Program-made: the position numbers and the translations under genes | DNA from: Nitrososphaeraceae archaeon | Lineage (GTDB): Archaea > Thermoproteota > Nitrososphaeria > Nitrososphaerales > Nitrososphaeraceae | Reading direction: 5' to 3' | Length of the DNA: 64,000 nucleotides | NCBI GenBank assembly: GCA_044870765.1 | Contig: JBIOZG010000043.1 | Span: 32,001-96,000 of the forward strand | In this document: in pieces, positions 21,117-31,667 of the stretch | Layout: the number at the start of each line of letters is the position of its first letter | How positions within the stretch are numbered: position 1 is the first letter of the stretch | Notes under the pieces: generated by a model | What the model was told of the DNA's origin: nothing | What the model saw: the letters and a program-made list of their open reading frames with translations, nothing else | The model's database searches: none

Positions 21117-22079
21117 CTAGATAGTTATCATGTTGCCATCTTTTTCTTTTCTTTTAATGGCAAAAATGCCCACAGCGTATAGCCCAATCATTGGTAGTGC
21201 AACAAACCACATTGTTACACCGCTTCCATCTGGTGTTATTACAGCACCAAAGATTGTAATGATTATTATTGCATATCTAAAGTTTTTTTGCCAGAACCTT
21301 GAATCTGTCAGACCACTCAAAGATAGTCCATACATTAATACTGGAAGCTGAAAGGCTATGCCAAAACTCAATATGAATTGAAGTACAAATGTTATAAAAT
21401 CATCGACCGTCAGAAATGTCTCGGCGCCAATTGATTCTCCATATTTGTAGAGAAAGTTGAGTGTAAATGGGATTACAAAAATGTAGCAGAATACTACACC
21501 GAATATGAATAAGACAAATATTGGCAGGATTATTTTGAGGATCTTTGATTTTGAAAATGGCAAGCTGATTTTTTTGCCTTGTTCTGCTATCGATTCCTCA
21601 TAGCTTTGTATAACATCATTAGAATCTTGTTCGCCTAATGCCGCTGCTCCTTTATCTTTAGTTTTTCTTTTGCTTAATACTTGATTAAATGCCGGGGAAA
21701 AGAACCCAAATATTTCCCTGATGACGACGGGAAGGGAACAAATCAAACCTATTAGCAAGGAAATGTGAACCTGTGCAAAGAACACTTGACCGGGGGCTGT
21801 TTGGATAAACTCTACCTCCGGCGGAAGTAACGTATCCTTCATAAAAACTGTCAACTGGAGGGCTATGTTGTCAAAGGGGGCTGGATATGGATAGTATATC
21901 GTTAAATTATTTTGCTGTCCTCCTGCATCCAGCGATGGAAGTTCAATTGGTATGACTGCCGACTTTATACCAAAACTCATTGAAAAGATAGTGATTATAG
22001 CGATGCAAATTACGATATGAATTATTCTAATTCGTAATTCATCGATATGTTCACCTATTGACATTCCAGATGAAGACAT
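21117..22079 (-). CDS. tatC: Twin-arginine translocase subunit TatC
   Basis: EHIDELRIR, FGIAFQLPV, GAVITPD. Confidence 0.93.
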   Translation of the reverse strand: MSSSGMSIGEHIDELRIRIIHIVICIAIITIFSMSFGIKSAVIPIELPSLDAGGQQNNLTIYYPYPAPFDNIALQLTVFMKDTLLPPEVEFIQTAPGQVFFAQVHISLLIGLICSLPVVIREIFGFFSPAFNQVLSKRKTKDKGAAALGEQDSNDVIQSYEESIAEQGKKISLPFSKSKILKIILPIFVLFIFGVVFCYIFVIPFTLNFLYKYGESIGAETFLTVDDFITFVLQFILSFGIAFQLPVLMYGLSLSGLTDSRFWQKNFRYAIIIITIFGAVITPDGSGVTMWFVALPMIGLYAVGIFAIKRKEKDGNMITI

Positions 22080-22237
22080 TAAGATGTTCGCAATTAGGCA
22101 ATCAGGATATAATAATTATATTGATGCGAGTTTGTGCTATTGTTTACAGAACGTATTGAATCAACTTGTGAGGAGATCAATTGGCTCGATAATTTCATAT
22201 CTAAATCCTTTTAGAAGGTGAAAACCAATAGCTGTTC

Positions 22238-22555
22238 ATGCAATATCACAAGGCTTCTATTCTTGGTCATGAACGATCTAAAAAGGCGCAGCTAAAGCTA
22301 TTTGATTACACTGGATATGCCATGTTAACGTACACCACAAAACAAGATGGCAATGGGTTTGCTCCTGTTGGTGAAGAAATGCTAGTAGCTAAAATGGAAA
22401 GGGAAGCTGGGGCCATGCTGTTTCTGTGTGATAATGATGGTTACGCCAAGGCCCAATCAAAACCGTTACCAAAAGATAAAGCCGAAGAAGCATATAAAAA
22501 AATGTTAAATGACGGCATTCCTGAATTTAAGGGTCAGATAAAGACAGTTTCATAA
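22238..22555 (+). CDS. Conserved hypothetical protein
   Basis: Clean 105-aa ORF with own intergenic space; resembles small conserved thaumarchaeal proteins. Confidence 0.7.
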   Translation: MQYHKASILGHERSKKAQLKLFDYTGYAMLTYTTKQDGNGFAPVGEEMLVAKMEREAGAMLFLCDNDGYAKAQSKPLPKDKAEEAYKKMLNDGIPEFKGQIKTVS

Positions 22556-22757
22556 TTTTGTAGCTCGGAATTGCTGACGCACATTATGAGGCAGTGGAAT
22601 ATTTAATGAACCACAATTCGAGTTTGTATATTATATTATACTCTAAATCTAAAACATGAGCGTTACTCTTTACAATAACTTTCAAAACAATGTATTGCGA
22701 TAATTGCGATAAGTTATGAACTCCACTAATAGCATACCTAGAGAATATCAAACGAAG

Positions 22758-23465
22758 CTAAGTAGTAATCTTTGTTCCACTTTGACTATTTTTCATTACA
22801 AGGTTCCTAATGACTCTGGGGTCTGATTTTATGACCCATGTAGGAATTTTGGATCTCTCTATTACCTTTAATGCAACTATATCCATAAGATCGTAACTTC
22901 CTGCCTGGGTGCTCTCAGTATTCAAGAGGTCCATGCATTTTTTTATCGTAATTTCTTTGAACATTTTTGCTTTAGGATTCTTGTTTGGATCAGAATCATA
23001 AATTCCGTTTACATCTGTTGCATTTAGGAATCTGTCAGCTTTAATTTTTTCGCAAATAAGCGCCGATGTGGCGTTTGTACTCTGACCTGGATGAAGACCG
23101 CCACTGACTATTATTTTTCCTGATTCACAGGCAATACTCATTTCTTCAAGGTTGGTAGGAATAACGGGATAAACAGAATCTCCTAGGGCTGCAGACAGTA
23201 ACTTTGCATTTAACCTCGATATTTCAATACCCATTATGTCAAGACTACTTTCATCAGAACCCAGTGACCTTGCCAGGTTAACATAATTCCTGGCAATTAT
23301 TCCACCTCCAGATACTACAATTGGTTGCACCCTGGTTTGCATTTCAAGTAAAAGTCGAGCGTATTGCCTCAGCGATTGAGATGTAGTCTTGAAATTAAAA
23401 ACGCTACCACTTAATTTTATGACTAGAATTTTCTTCTTTTGTTTTAATGTCTGGGAATTCTTCAT
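22758..23465 (-). CDS. pyrH: Uridylate kinase
   Basis: VIKLSGS, VSGGG, PGQST, TDVNGIYDSDP. Confidence 0.94.
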   Translation of the reverse strand: MKNSQTLKQKKKILVIKLSGSVFNFKTTSQSLRQYARLLLEMQTRVQPIVVSGGGIIARNYVNLARSLGSDESSLDIMGIEISRLNAKLLSAALGDSVYPVIPTNLEEMSIACESGKIIVSGGLHPGQSTNATSALICEKIKADRFLNATDVNGIYDSDPNKNPKAKMFKEITIKKCMDLLNTESTQAGSYDLMDIVALKVIERSKIPTWVIKSDPRVIRNLVMKNSQSGTKITT

Positions 23466-24703
23466 TGCTTTTCGGGTAGCTCCTTATCTAACACATCTTT
23501 TGATATTTTTGTAATTTTTTTTCGATCCTTATGGTTGGTATATACCCTTATCATATCAAGATAACCTGTTATTGAGTTTACCAAAGGCAGATTAGAAACT
23601 GGTTGTTTAAAGAATTCGTCCTCGCTAACAAGAAGTATTGATTTCATTTCTTGCTTGTTTGGCGCAAGTGGCACTAGTGAAATGCCATACGTATCAAGAA
23701 AAATTTTTTTCTCATCAATATTAGCCAATCTTGCAATTTCCAATCTCAATTCTTCAATTTTATCTCTATTTAACTTTGTATAATTGTCTCGTTTTCGAAT
23801 AAATCTTTCATAAACACATTTGAGTAACCTCCTATCCAAATAATTGGAAATCATTTCTTGTGCAACTTTGTTATTTTGTGATGATGAGATGCTGCAAATT
23901 ATGCTTTCATCTGTTAGGTTAAGATAATCAGTCAACGATAATCCTCTTAGGTTCAATATATCACTTGAGAGCAAGATAGAGTGCAATAGCATGACTTCAG
24001 CAGATCGAACTGTCTTGTGAAAATAGACTGCCCGGAACATCTCAAAACGGGAAATTATCATTGATTCAAAAGAGTAAAAGGATGAGATGTCCAAAGCTAG
24101 GCTTTTACTATCAGTTACCCTGAATGAATTAATAATCCTGTTATAATCGACTTTTCCGTACTCCACTCCCGTAAAGAATCCATCTCGAGGAAGATAATCC
24201 ATAAGGTCCGACGAAAGACTTCCTGAAATTATTTCATTTTTGAATTTCACTTTTGAATTACCAAAAGAAATCTCACTTATCGTTTGCGGAGAAAAGCCAT
24301 AATCAGAAAGAATATCACCTAATTCAGTCTTACATATTATTTTGGCCCCAAGAGTTTCATGATTACTGTTGCCTGTAACCTTTAGTGCTTCTTCAAAGAG
24401 ATGTGAAAAAGGTCCATGACCAATGTCGTGTAGTAGAGATGCTACTCGCAACTCCTGAATTGATTCTTTGTCTATTACCCCTATAGAAAATAGATGTTCT
24501 CCTGCCAAGCCTGCCACATGCATTGTTCCTAAAGAGTGTTCAAACCGTGAATGTTGGGCTGCCGGATAAACCAGATGAGCGCCCGCCAATTGTTTAATTC
24601 TTCTTAATCGTTGAAAAACGTTTGAATCAATTATCCTTTTTTCGAGCTCTGTAAACCTGATAAACTTGTGAATAGGATCGGTTATTTCTCCAACGAATTT
24701 CAT
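23462..24703 (-). CDS. HD-domain phosphohydrolase (dNTP triphosphohydrolase/SAMHD1-like)
   Basis: FQRLRRIKQL, HSRFEHSLG, LLHDIGHGPFSH, DLMDYL, VYFHKTVR. Confidence 0.9.
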   Translation of the reverse strand: MKFVGEITDPIHKFIRFTELEKRIIDSNVFQRLRRIKQLAGAHLVYPAAQHSRFEHSLGTMHVAGLAGEHLFSIGVIDKESIQELRVASLLHDIGHGPFSHLFEEALKVTGNSNHETLGAKIICKTELGDILSDYGFSPQTISEISFGNSKVKFKNEIISGSLSSDLMDYLPRDGFFTGVEYGKVDYNRIINSFRVTDSKSLALDISSFYSFESMIISRFEMFRAVYFHKTVRSAEVMLLHSILLSSDILNLRGLSLTDYLNLTDESIICSISSSQNNKVAQEMISNYLDRRLLKCVYERFIRKRDNYTKLNRDKIEELRLEIARLANIDEKKIFLDTYGISLVPLAPNKQEMKSILLVSEDEFFKQPVSNLPLVNSITGYLDMIRVYTNHKDRKKITKISKDVLDKELPEKQ

Positions 24704-24735
24704 ATCGTGTAAATAGAATTGAACACCACACTGAA

Positions 24736-25392
24736 TTAAATTTTCACGGTATTTCTTACTATTCTAAGTACCTGACTATGAACATCGTCGACTGATTTTT
24801 CTCCGTCAATAACATACCACTTGAATTTTTTTGCAAGAACTCTGTATGACTTTTTTACTTTGCGAATTAACTCGAGGTCTTTTTCAAAAGTATCAATGAC
24901 ACTATTTTTAGATCTAGTAACCAGTGTATCTGTCTTGATATCTATGACTATTACAAGATCTGCTTTTGGTAATCCTTCATCCAACGCAACAAGCCAGTCT
25001 AACTCCAATCCCTTTGAGACTCCATATACCAGATTGGATTGATAGTATCTGTTCATGATAATTGTGGTCCCTTTGGCAAGTACACTGTCTATTTCGGTCT
25101 TTTTCTCCCATCTGTTTGCAGAAAGAAGCATCATTTTCACCTGATCTGAATAAACTCTTTTACCATCAAGAAATTGCTTTATCTCTTTACCAATTGGAGT
25201 AGTATAATCGGGGAAATCAAATTTGACACACTTGCTTTTGAATTTCCTCATTAGTAAATTTGCCTGTGTTGTTTTGCCTGCCTTGTCAATTCCTTCTATT
25301 ACAATGATCTTACCCTTACGCAAACACTTTGTTTGAAATGAGTCATAAATAAAAAGTATGTTAAAATCAATTAAGAAACAATAGCAATCCAC
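24736..25392 (-). CDS. tmk: Thymidylate kinase (true start probably ~25322)
   Basis: IEGIDKAGKTTQ P-loop, ANRWE, RYYQSNLVYG. Confidence 0.92.
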   Translation of the reverse strand: MDCYCFLIDFNILFIYDSFQTKCLRKGKIIVIEGIDKAGKTTQANLLMRKFKSKCVKFDFPDYTTPIGKEIKQFLDGKRVYSDQVKMMLLSANRWEKKTEIDSVLAKGTTIIMNRYYQSNLVYGVSKGLELDWLVALDEGLPKADLVIVIDIKTDTLVTRSKNSVIDTFEKDLELIRKVKKSYRVLAKKFKWYVIDGEKSVDDVHSQVLRIVRNTVKI

Positions 25393-25540
25393 TCCTCTTG
25401 CCTACCAAGCTTGTACAAGTTAATCTATTTGCTTTGTAATCGTCCTGTACGTGAGTTCGTCAAATCTCAAAGTTTTTTCTTATTTCTGATTGCTTCATTC
25501 ACTCAAACTTGTAAAGTAAAGCAGTTCAGCTTGAGAGACT

Positions 25541-26071
25541 TTATCCACAGTCAATATTCCCTTCGAAACTTCCTTTCCAACCTGAGTCAGCTCGAACTTG
25601 GACTTTTCCGTTATTTCCGCAGTCGCCATGGATTGAAATGTTTGCCTTTTTATCTAATCCACAAATATTACTTGTCGTCTCTTTACCTTCTAAATCATAG
25701 TTTTTCTTGTCTATTTTTCCAGAATCAAGGTAGCCGCCATTGCTTGTCTTATCATCAGAAGAGTCATCAAGAACTACTTCCCAACTTCCATAGATAGGAG
25801 AATCTTTCAAAAATGCACTGAATGAAAGTTCGCCCTTTTCTGACTTGCCGCCAGGACAACTGATTGTGCCATCTCCATTTCCCGATGTCTCCAATCCATG
25901 AGCTACATGAGCTACATGAGCTACAGTAGCGGCAGAAAACAAGGTAACCATGAAAAGTAGTAATACTTTTACTTTAATTCCATCCACTAAATTCATCATT
26001 CTGTCTGGAATGCAAAATAATTTATATATTATGTAGAGTGGTTCCAGATCATAAATAGGAAAAAATGACAC
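25541..26071 (-). CDS. Secreted hypothetical protein with Cys pairs
   Basis: Hydrophobic N-terminus, beta-rich body with 4 Cys; 9-bp unit x3 at 25899-25925 encodes VAHVAHVAH. Confidence 0.6.
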   Translation of the reverse strand: MSFFPIYDLEPLYIIYKLFCIPDRMMNLVDGIKVKVLLLFMVTLFSAATVAHVAHVAHGLETSGNGDGTISCPGGKSEKGELSFSAFLKDSPIYGSWEVVLDDSSDDKTSNGGYLDSGKIDKKNYDLEGKETTSNICGLDKKANISIHGDCGNNGKVQVRADSGWKGSFEGNIDCG

Positions 26072-26288
26072 GAATCATTTAATACTTGACAATATCTTAA
26101 TAAAGTTTATCATTGATGATTATCATCGCCGACTATCTTTTGATCCGTCTAAATTTATTATGTATTCTGTGATTCTAGAAGAATAATTGGCAAAAGTATG
26201 CACCTATAATACAAATTTTATATTGGATCTTCCAGTTTTTATATCTTCAAGTTATTATAAAGGATCGATGAATTACGTGTGAACTAAA

Positions 26289-26852
26289 ATGGCACAGATG
26301 CCGACTCTAATTCCAAAAGAAGTAGAAATCCAGAGATTAAAGAAAATCTACATTATGGTCATTATGCTGGGTTCAATCGCAGCATCCGTAGAAGTAGATA
26401 ACTTTGTTGATGGATCTCTTCATCAAACCGCAATTAGAGACAGCGCATTTACACCAGCTCATTGGTGGTTATACAGTCACTTTATAGCCTTACCGTTAGG
26501 TTGGGGATTTGTGGCAATGTATGACAGAAGGGTACCCGTACTGAGGGGTCCTGGAAACTCAATGAACACTGGTCTAAAGATAACCATCATAGGCTATCTT
26601 GCAACCATGTTTACAATTGGTGTAAATGAATTGTGGCACTTTTGGTTTGTGGAAGAAATTTTCTCAGTTCCAAACCACTGGATGTTTAACATGGGAGTCG
26701 TAGTGGCTTTCATGGGTGCTCTCGCATACGTAGTAAGAGTATACGCACGTCTAGTAGAATTGGGCGCTGAAACTCCTGGAAAGAACCCATACGTGGCTGA
26801 AATGTACAAGCTTGCACTTGAAGGAAAGCTGTACAGCAGATCTATTCCATAA
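26289..26852 (+). CDS. amoC: Ammonia monooxygenase subunit C, solitary copy
   Basis: MAQMP start, VDGSLHQT.IRDSAFTPAH, NELWHFWFVEEIFSVPNHW metal-ligand motifs. Confidence 0.97.
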   Translation: MAQMPTLIPKEVEIQRLKKIYIMVIMLGSIAASVEVDNFVDGSLHQTAIRDSAFTPAHWWLYSHFIALPLGWGFVAMYDRRVPVLRGPGNSMNTGLKITIIGYLATMFTIGVNELWHFWFVEEIFSVPNHWMFNMGVVVAFMGALAYVVRVYARLVELGAETPGKNPYVAEMYKLALEGKLYSRSIP

Positions 26853-26894
26853 GCTAACTGTCACACTGTCGATAAAAGCAGGAAAAAGACGACC

Positions 26895-26909
26895 TTTTTT
26901 TTCTTTTTT
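26895..26909 (+). terminator. Oligo-T archaeal terminator after amoC
   Basis: T-run TTTTTTTTCTTTTTT about 45 nt after the stop codon. Confidence 0.5.
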
Positions 26910-27059
26910 AAAAATAACTCCTAGTGGACAGTATGGCCTCTACAAAGTTTCACATTTGATTTTTGTATCCATTAATGCACTGCACCATGTGAAATGCAAT
27001 TTATCAAGGCCGACTATATTTGATAATATTCTTATATAGAAATATGCATTAAACAGTAG

Positions 27060-27839
27060 ATGGCTGATAATTCTGGATTTCCTTTAAAAGTTCTTGAAAA
27101 CGAAATACAAGATAAAGATAGAGACATCGTAAGAATTGATCCGGAAATAATGCGTACGCTAAACATTGCTGAGGGCGCAGTTGTTAATATCGTTGGTCCT
27201 AAAAATAGCGCCAATATTATTTGTCTTTCATTGCACCCTACTGATGAGATCAAAGATAATAAGAATAAGAATTACAATAAAAAAATCAACAAAAATACAA
27301 ATGATAAAATAATTCGAATTGATGCCAAAACAAGAGATTCTATTGGTACCAATATAGGGGATTATGTCTATATCAAGAAAATTGTTCTGGCTGAAAATGA
27401 CAACAGACCTGGGAGGAAGAACACTGAGTTAACTGATAATACTGCAAATTCCATAATAATAAATGGATCTTGTATTAATTTTGATAAAGAACGTCCAAAG
27501 ATAATGGAATTCCTGGGATCTCTTCAAAAAGAAGTACATATGGACAGTATCTATTACAAGTGTTATGCTAATGGCAAAAAAACTCTAGGATGGGATTTTT
27601 TTCATGTTGCCCTGGACTTGAGACTGGTACAAAGATTGATTGAAATACACCCTGAAATTAACAAGCAGGAAGCAGCAAGTATTGAAGAACGATTCGTGCT
27701 CTGGTTATATGCAAAATTTAGAAAAAGAAAACTGGATTATCACATGAAAGTTAGCGAAATCCCTTACGAATCGGTAACCGGATTTCGACTAAACCCAAAT
27801 GATTTCAGGAATATTGAAGATATGGAAAGTATGCGTTAA
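27060..27839 (+). CDS. Protein with CDC48/VAT N-domain-like double-psi barrel and unknown C-terminal domain
   Basis: LKVLE...RDIVRIDPEIMRTLNIAEGAVVNIVG...IIRIDAKTRDSIGTNIGDYVYIKK; no Walker motifs. Confidence 0.6.
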   Translation: MADNSGFPLKVLENEIQDKDRDIVRIDPEIMRTLNIAEGAVVNIVGPKNSANIICLSLHPTDEIKDNKNKNYNKKINKNTNDKIIRIDAKTRDSIGTNIGDYVYIKKIVLAENDNRPGRKNTELTDNTANSIIINGSCINFDKERPKIMEFLGSLQKEVHMDSIYYKCYANGKKTLGWDFFHVALDLRLVQRLIEIHPEINKQEAASIEERFVLWLYAKFRKRKLDYHMKVSEIPYESVTGFRLNPNDFRNIEDMESMR

Positions 27840-27872
27840 CTTTTCCTAAACACAAAACATTACTTTTTCAAA

Positions 27873-28736
27873 ATGAAGATACCAGACGAAATTTTACATT
27901 ATCTAACCGAAACCCATAACTCGGAAATGGCATTAGTAGGTTGCCGGGCCGATGCTCCCGATGTATCTTATGACTGCTGTGAGTATGATATTGCCATATT
28001 TGGAAATAATGAGCCATACCCCCAAAATAAAATAGTAAAACTTGGAAAAGATACAATGGAATTTCAGGGGTTTCCGAAACAGAGTAATGACATTTCACAT
28101 TACAAAATGATACGAGTAATAACTGGCGATTTGTTGATTTCACCACCACGCTATTCGGAGACAGACATTAAAAGATCGTTTAAGGCGGCCGGGAAGAGGA
28201 GAATTGTTGATGCGCTGTTTAATGTATCTAAAAATAGTATCAATAAAGAAGCAGAATTAAATTCTCCATTAAACCTCAAGATAGCCGCTTACGGTCTGCT
28301 TGAAGGTATCCTACTGACATCTGAGGTAAGGCCAATGCCTATTCATGAATTAAACCAATTGCGACAGCTTGAAGTAAAAAAAGATATCATAAATGAAGCG
28401 ATTCAAACCTGTATTGAATGTCTGGGAGTAGAAAGGGCAACAAGGACAATACTAAACCGATCGTTTCGAGCTCTAAAAGAGATTCTCAAGGAAAGATATG
28501 ACGTCGAGTTATTATCATCAAAAATTGAATTTTTACTAAATCATAAACTTTTAGCTGATTGCTATTACTATATTGGAGGACTCGTATGCAGTCATCTTGA
28601 GCAAAAAGATAATTCATCTCAAATGAACTACTACAAGCTTAACAGCATAGCTTTGGACCTTACAAGTGATTATGAAAACATAAAGAAATTGTCTGCGCTG
28701 ATAAAACGCGACTGCAAAAATTTGCTGAAAAATTAA
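27873..28736 (+). CDS. Conserved nucleotidyltransferase-fold-like hypothetical protein
   Basis: N-terminal LVGCRA...EYDIAIF resembles the G-S..D-x-D NTase motif. Confidence 0.55.
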   Translation: MKIPDEILHYLTETHNSEMALVGCRADAPDVSYDCCEYDIAIFGNNEPYPQNKIVKLGKDTMEFQGFPKQSNDISHYKMIRVITGDLLISPPRYSETDIKRSFKAAGKRRIVDALFNVSKNSINKEAELNSPLNLKIAAYGLLEGILLTSEVRPMPIHELNQLRQLEVKKDIINEAIQTCIECLGVERATRTILNRSFRALKEILKERYDVELLSSKIEFLLNHKLLADCYYYIGGLVCSHLEQKDNSSQMNYYKLNSIALDLTSDYENIKKLSALIKRDCKNLLKN

Positions 28737-28972
28737 GTGACGGGAGCAACCAATATTGGTTCAATCTCCTTTACCCTTCGTGCCCTTAACTTCGCCTTAT
28801 ATTTCAGGTTTCTTGGCTTTGTTCTCAGTCTGTATCCACAGCATGGGCACCATAATCCATCCCACTTTATGAAAATTTCGCATATCTGGCATCTTTTTTG
28901 ACCGCTAACATACCTTCCTGAACCGACGGGCTTTTGGGCTTTGTGTCGTATACATATTCCTTTACAAGTCAT
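28733..28972 (-). CDS. Small Cys-rich zinc-finger protein
   Basis: MTCKGIC...RCQICE...WCPCCGYRLRTKPR, a family common in Thaumarchaeota. Confidence 0.8.
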   Translation of the reverse strand: MTCKGICIRHKAQKPVGSGRYVSGQKRCQICEIFIKWDGLWCPCCGYRLRTKPRNLKYKAKLRARRVKEIEPILVAPVT

Positions 28973-29108
28973 CTTCCTTCCATATATAAAAAACGCCTCA
29001 ACTATATAAATATGAACATTAATTTTACAATATTTTGAAAAATGGTAATTTATTTTACTGATTTTTTACATGTTTTAGAGAAAGAAAATAAAAAAAATAA
29101 GTCTTTTT

Positions 29109-29363
29109 TTAACTGACGTTTATAGATTTTGTCTGAAAGGCTTCATTCATTGTAAGATATTCATCTAATCTCATCTTGATGTCGTCTGGTTGAGTATCAT
29201 CCATACCTGAAAATCCAGCGTTAAATGAAATCTTGTTTCCAGACACCGACACATTATCAATTTCCATGTCTGCATAGATATTGGCCAACTCATCTACCCA
29301 TGCCTTTCCTTCATCTTGGTTTATTCCGCTAGCATCTATTGTTACTTTATACATCTTTGTCAT
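29109..29363 (-). CDS. Conserved small hypothetical protein
   Basis: 84-aa acidic ORF followed by a T-rich tract on the minus strand. Confidence 0.7.
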   Translation of the reverse strand: MTKMYKVTIDASGINQDEGKAWVDELANIYADMEIDNVSVSGNKISFNAGFSGMDDTQPDDIKMRLDEYLTMNEAFQTKSINVS

Positions 29364-29485
29364 TCAAATACACCTAAACAAAAGTTGGATTGGATATTAA
29401 TAAAGTTGACGCATTCTTTTTGGAAGCTTTGGATATGGATTTAAACCTTAATCGTCAATTAGTTATTCCAAACTGATTTTGTGGG

Positions 29486-29647
29486 CTAAGCTTCTTCAAT
29501 TCCCCAGTATTTTATCAATTCCTTTTCGAACTTTGAGAATTGCTCATTGTTTAAGGGGTCTCCGCAGTTTTTGTGAGATGGAACAACTTTCATTCCATAT
29601 AGCTTAAAATCAACTTCATAGAAATGAACGCCGGGACAATCACACAT
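29486..29647 (-). CDS. Small conserved protein, 53 aa (not in ORF track)
   Basis: Manual translation MCDCPGVHFYEVDFKLYGMKVVPSHKNCGDPLNNEQFSKFEKELIKYWGIEEA; CxC/H/HxxC ligands. Confidence 0.7.
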   Translation of the reverse strand: MCDCPGVHFYEVDFKLYGMKVVPSHKNCGDPLNNEQFSKFEKELIKYWGIEEA

Positions 29648-29732
29648 TTGCTATTTTTGATTTGCGCATCTCTTATTAGTTTATCTAAATTATTAGACGG
29701 CTACAAAGTTACCAGCTTGATGAGGATGCACG

Positions 29733-30836
29733 ATGCTAAAAGTTTATGAGTGCGAATCCCAATTTAACAAAACTATGGGCAACTTTCAATTGTCATTAGG
29801 CAAACCAATTATTGTGTTTGTGTTATTTTCAAGCCTTTTACTAATTTCGCAATCCAGTATGAACAAGGGATTTGCACAGGCAGGAAATTTATGGTACGTC
29901 GGTGATGGAGCAAAAAATGATATGTATGTAACATACAGAGTGCAAGAACAGGATACAAATGCTGGCCGTCCGTTTGATATGACGATTTACTTTAAGGAAT
30001 TTAATGAGACTGGTAAATATTGGGTGGCTCCAACGTTTATTGTGGACCAGGGACGCGTAATTAACGGAACTCTCCACCTAAGTGATCTTGATTTAACTGC
30101 ATTGGGAACTTCTCAAATCCCTCCAGAAATGGCAAAGTACAGGAGCGGTTATTCAAGTTCATTAAAATGGCTATCAGCATTTGTATCAAAGCCCGGTCAA
30201 TCACTAACTGCACAGAATTGGGGCAAAATAGCATCAATTGGTGGCTCACCAATTACTCCGGCAGGCAAAGCTACTATTACCACACCTGCAGGAACTTTTG
30301 ATACCACCACAATTGTATTTCACAAGGGAGTTGATAATACAATTTGGATTAAGGACGGATTTCCTTATCCCATAAAGGCTCAAACTTTTGCAGATACTAC
30401 CACGGGCAATCCTCCAACCCAGTATGCGTTTGAATTGCTCGCAACAGGACAAGGACAACCAAAGCAGCCTGAAAGCAAAGAAGAGATTCCAGTACCACCA
30501 CTTGAGCAGAGGACAGAGCGTGGGAGCTATGTTATTAAGCTAATATGGGAACCTGTTACGATAAAGGCCGGTAATAATACGAAATTTGGAATTATATTCA
30601 TGGATGACAAGAAAAACGTGATAACCGAAGTTGGATATAATTTTGCCGTTGTAGATGCTAAAGGACAACTAATTTACGGAAAAGATAACCAACTTGCACC
30701 CGATGGAACTGCGGTACAAAATGTCATCTTCCAGGCACCAGGAGAAGTTACTGTAAAGGTACTGATAACAACTGCCGGATCAGGTGCACCAAGCACTTTC
30801 GTTGAATCAGGTCAGTTTGGCTTGGTTGTCCAGTAA
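29733..30836 (+). CDS. Secreted/surface protein, conserved hypothetical
   Basis: Signal-like helix, TTPAGTFDT...IWI...PYPIKA domain, C-terminal Ig-like beta domain. Confidence 0.7.
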   Translation: MLKVYECESQFNKTMGNFQLSLGKPIIVFVLFSSLLLISQSSMNKGFAQAGNLWYVGDGAKNDMYVTYRVQEQDTNAGRPFDMTIYFKEFNETGKYWVAPTFIVDQGRVINGTLHLSDLDLTALGTSQIPPEMAKYRSGYSSSLKWLSAFVSKPGQSLTAQNWGKIASIGGSPITPAGKATITTPAGTFDTTTIVFHKGVDNTIWIKDGFPYPIKAQTFADTTTGNPPTQYAFELLATGQGQPKQPESKEEIPVPPLEQRTERGSYVIKLIWEPVTIKAGNNTKFGIIFMDDKKNVITEVGYNFAVVDAKGQLIYGKDNQLAPDGTAVQNVIFQAPGEVTVKVLITTAGSGAPSTFVESGQFGLVVQ

Positions 30837-30893
30837 TCTTTTTTTCATTTTTATTTTTATTTTCAAGTCTTTTTTACAGTAGCGATAAAAGAG

Positions 30894-31601
30894 ATGAGTC
30901 CGAAAAGAATAATCTTTGTAGCTACAGGAATCTTTGCAGGAATTGGAATTTTAGTAAGCATAGTCATAATTGCAATTAACGGAGGGTTTTCGGGTGAGGG
31001 TCCTTCTATACTCAATCCCCCAACATCAAAAGACCTGTGGACACTGGGTAGTAACATAGCAGATGGAATGAATTTGACATATTCGCTAACAAGCAATACT
31101 GGAGACGATAAGGCAAATCTCATAGATTCTATAGTGTCCATGAGATTTCATAACATGGGGGATAAATGGAACATTGATTTTAAAATACAAAACGGAAGTA
31201 ACAATAACAACAATGCCAGCGAAATTCACGCAAATATTTCCAAAAATCAACTCTTGATGACGGATCCTATTACTGAAAAAGATAACAAGTTTCTTCAACC
31301 TCTTGAAGCCTCAGTACTGGCAATTCGCGACATTGCCAGAGAGCCAAAGTATCTCGTAGTTGGAGCCGTTTGGGACAAGATATTTACAGGTTCCAATACA
31401 ATAGATGCAAAAATACAAAGTAAAGATACTATCTCTACTCCTGCTGGTATGTATGATGTTTTTTCACTGCAATACAAGGTGGGAAATTCATCGAGCACTA
31501 TTTACATCAATAAGGATTTGCCCCTTCCCATAAAGGCGCAAGTATATGGCGAAAATGGCAACCTTTTGTACGATTACGAATTGCAAAGCATATCAAGATG
31601 A
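30894..31601 (+). CDS. Membrane-anchored paralogue of the upstream protein's N-domain
   Basis: N-terminal TM; STPAGMYDV...IYI...PLPIKAQ matches the upstream gene. Confidence 0.7.
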   Translation: MSPKRIIFVATGIFAGIGILVSIVIIAINGGFSGEGPSILNPPTSKDLWTLGSNIADGMNLTYSLTSNTGDDKANLIDSIVSMRFHNMGDKWNIDFKIQNGSNNNNNASEIHANISKNQLLMTDPITEKDNKFLQPLEASVLAIRDIAREPKYLVVGAVWDKIFTGSNTIDAKIQSKDTISTPAGMYDVFSLQYKVGNSSSTIYINKDLPLPIKAQVYGENGNLLYDYELQSISR

Positions 31602-31667
31602 ATCTAAATTGAATTTCAATCAATGTCAGATAACAATTTATTATGCTAGCGTAGTGACCATTACCAA

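Noticed and set aside
25411-25797. 128-aa + strand ORF and similar short overlapping ORFs in the track
   Set aside because: They overlap better-supported genes and show no recognisable motifs.
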